Source: a bacterium
Lineage (GTDB): Bacteria > Electryoneota > Electryoneia > Electryoneales > Electryoneaceae
DNA length: 64,000 bases
Assembly (NCBI GenBank): GCA_963669175.1
Contig: OY769902.1
Location: 544,001-608,000, forward strand
Reading direction: 5' to 3'
A program made the translations under genes and the position numbers. How positions within the stretch are numbered: position 1 is the first letter of the stretch; each line of letters starts with the position of its first letter. The notes under the pieces are model-generated. The model was not told the DNA's origin, did not search any database, and saw nothing but the letters and a program-made list of their open reading frames with translations. Positions 62,682-64,000 of this stretch are shown here, one piece after another.

Positions 62682-63515
62682 TCACGAGCTCCTGGAGCAA
62701 TAGGAAACAAAACACTTCAAATGCTCATGGTTACTAACATCATTTAGCACGCAAGCACGATTGACAGGGCATGTTTGGCACTGCCATCCAGGATTAGGCG
62801 GGTATACTTCAGCCTGAATTGCATGCAGGATACCGGCTGCAACCTGGAAGAACTGGCTGTCTGATTCAGGGGTACGAATGGAGAACCGCTGGTCAAAATC
62901 CACTGTCTTTGTTTTTACCAGCGCGTCAATGCGGAGCAAGGCGTTTTCGTCGGCTGGGATGTCACCGCGTAACCGTGCGGCATAGGCATACGCCCATAAC
63001 TGAATGTTGTTGACCATATCAGTATCCGCGGGACGCTTCGACAGTACCTTGTGGTCAACAATACTGATGCGTCCCTGATCATCGGCTTCCAGCAGGTCAA
63101 ACCGCCCGACCAGGTCAACAGGCAGGATTAAACCTGTGTCCGGGTCAACCAGTGGAATCCTGAATTCATCTTCGACAGCCACAACGTTGCCTGGGTGGAT
63201 GGAGTCGTAGAAAACTGTCAGCAGTTCACATCCCTGGTGGATGATTTCATCGTGATCTTGAATGTCCAGAACACGGCCATCGGTTTCCTGCCGCCAGTCC
63301 TCCACAAACACCTCATGAAGGTCACCAAGCTGGATCAGGCGTCCCTCCTGCCATTCACGGTAGAAACATTCCAGGGCTGTATGAATTGCAGATCCAAGCA
63401 ACATTGCCGATGGATATACCTCCCAGGGAATGCGGTCGATATACTGCAGCTTGTACTTCTGCGGGCATTGCAGCCACGTCTTGATCTGCGATGCGGAAAG
63501 GTGGTCAAGTTCCAT
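62682..63515 (-). CDS. PD-(D/E)XK nuclease, RecB/Cas4-like with a probable Fe-S cluster
   Basis: LSASQI...CP, GSAIH..LE, GRFDL, IVDHK, QLWAY, CQTCP....C. Confidence 0.88.
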   Translation of the reverse strand: MELDHLSASQIKTWLQCPQKYKLQYIDRIPWEVYPSAMLLGSAIHTALECFYREWQEGRLIQLGDLHEVFVEDWRQETDGRVLDIQDHDEIIHQGCELLTVFYDSIHPGNVVAVEDEFRIPLVDPDTGLILPVDLVGRFDLLEADDQGRISIVDHKVLSKRPADTDMVNNIQLWAYAYAARLRGDIPADENALLRIDALVKTKTVDFDQRFSIRTPESDSQFFQVAAGILHAIQAEVYPPNPGWQCQTCPVNRACVLNDVSNHEHLKCFVSYCSRSS

Positions 63516-63526
63516 GTTCGCCCCTT

Positions 63527-63667
63527 TCAGCAACTGATAAAAAGCAGGACAATGATCACAAACAGCAGAACCGCGCCTAAAATGGAATTCCCCGCCGAGC
63601 GTTCACCTTCTTGTCCGGAAAGCCCAAGCAGAATAACGATCAGAGCAGCTATAATGAGCCAAATCAT
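63527..63667 (-). CDS. 46-aa two-TM membrane peptide
   Basis: GGGAGG RBS; MIWLIIAALIVILLGLSG...ILGAVLLFVIIVLLFISC; below the ORF-track cutoff. Confidence 0.65.
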   Translation of the reverse strand: MIWLIIAALIVILLGLSGQEGERSAGNSILGAVLLFVIIVLLFISC

Positions 63668-63751
63668 GTTTCCTCCCTTACAATGCAAACGGGCCAGCAG
63701 CCCCGAATGAGGCTACCAGCCCGCCCAGATGAATGATGTTGTGAATGTTGT

Positions 63752-64000
63752 TTATGCTGCCAGCAAGTGACGCGTGACCTGGCGGTTGACGTTGTCTGCG
63801 TGGTGGGTTTCCTGACGGGTCAGAACGTCGGTCAGGCCATTGTACAGACCCCAGACGTTGTCTTCCTCGATAGACATGAAAGCTTCCGCCTGAAGTGATT
63901 TCGGCAAGTTCAATGTGGTAAACGTGTTCTGGATGAAGGCACGGTCAACCGGGGTCTCGGTCATGCGCTTCATCGTGCGGGTGAGTGGTCCCAGGTTCTC
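63752..64000 (-). CDS. C-terminal fragment, DUF932-like protein
   Basis: NVWGLYNGLTD..T motif; truncated by the window edge. Confidence 0.55.
   Translation of the reverse strand, partial: ENLGPLTRTMKRMTETPVDRAFIQNTFTTLNLPKSLQAEAFMSIEEDNVWGLYNGLTDVLTRQETHHADNVNRQVTRHLLAA

Larger units (their letters stand above)
61136..64000 (-). mobile_element. Left end of an integrative element (prophage/ICE-like) at tRNA-Arg; continues beyond the window
   Basis: Integrase converging on the tRNA 3' end, followed by Xis-like and nuclease genes. Confidence 0.8.

Overview
Chromosomal window from a Gram-negative bacterium, probably an uncultured FCB-group lineage (Electryoneota/Calditrichota-like). This is inferred from several large secreted proteins ending in the YPNPFN...LxSGxYF sorting-type C-terminal domain. 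Housekeeping and envelope genes include deaD, gmhA, LPS glycosyltransferases, secD/secF, cinA, a glycosylasparaginase and two hybrid kinases. Accessory genes encode an octaheme cytochrome c, a caspase-FGE fusion, beta-helix and LVIVD surface proteins and a TPR/lethal-factor-like protease. An integrative element starts after tRNA-Arg(ACG) at the right edge. The most unusual content is non-coding: most intergenic gaps in the first ~38 kb hold stacks of different repeat families. These are REP-like hairpins, fixed-length 92-bp hairpins with divergent loops, 152-bp REP doublets, 333-bp MITEs flanking deaD, a 396-bp MITE with Tn5/IS50-like ends, and 7/8/9-nt periodic tracts. They nest inside each other, no cognate transposase is in the window, and one repeat stack appears to supply the start codon and signal peptide of a 1024-aa surface protein. 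Two genes are frameshifted. All calls are by-eye motif recognition; no database searches were run.
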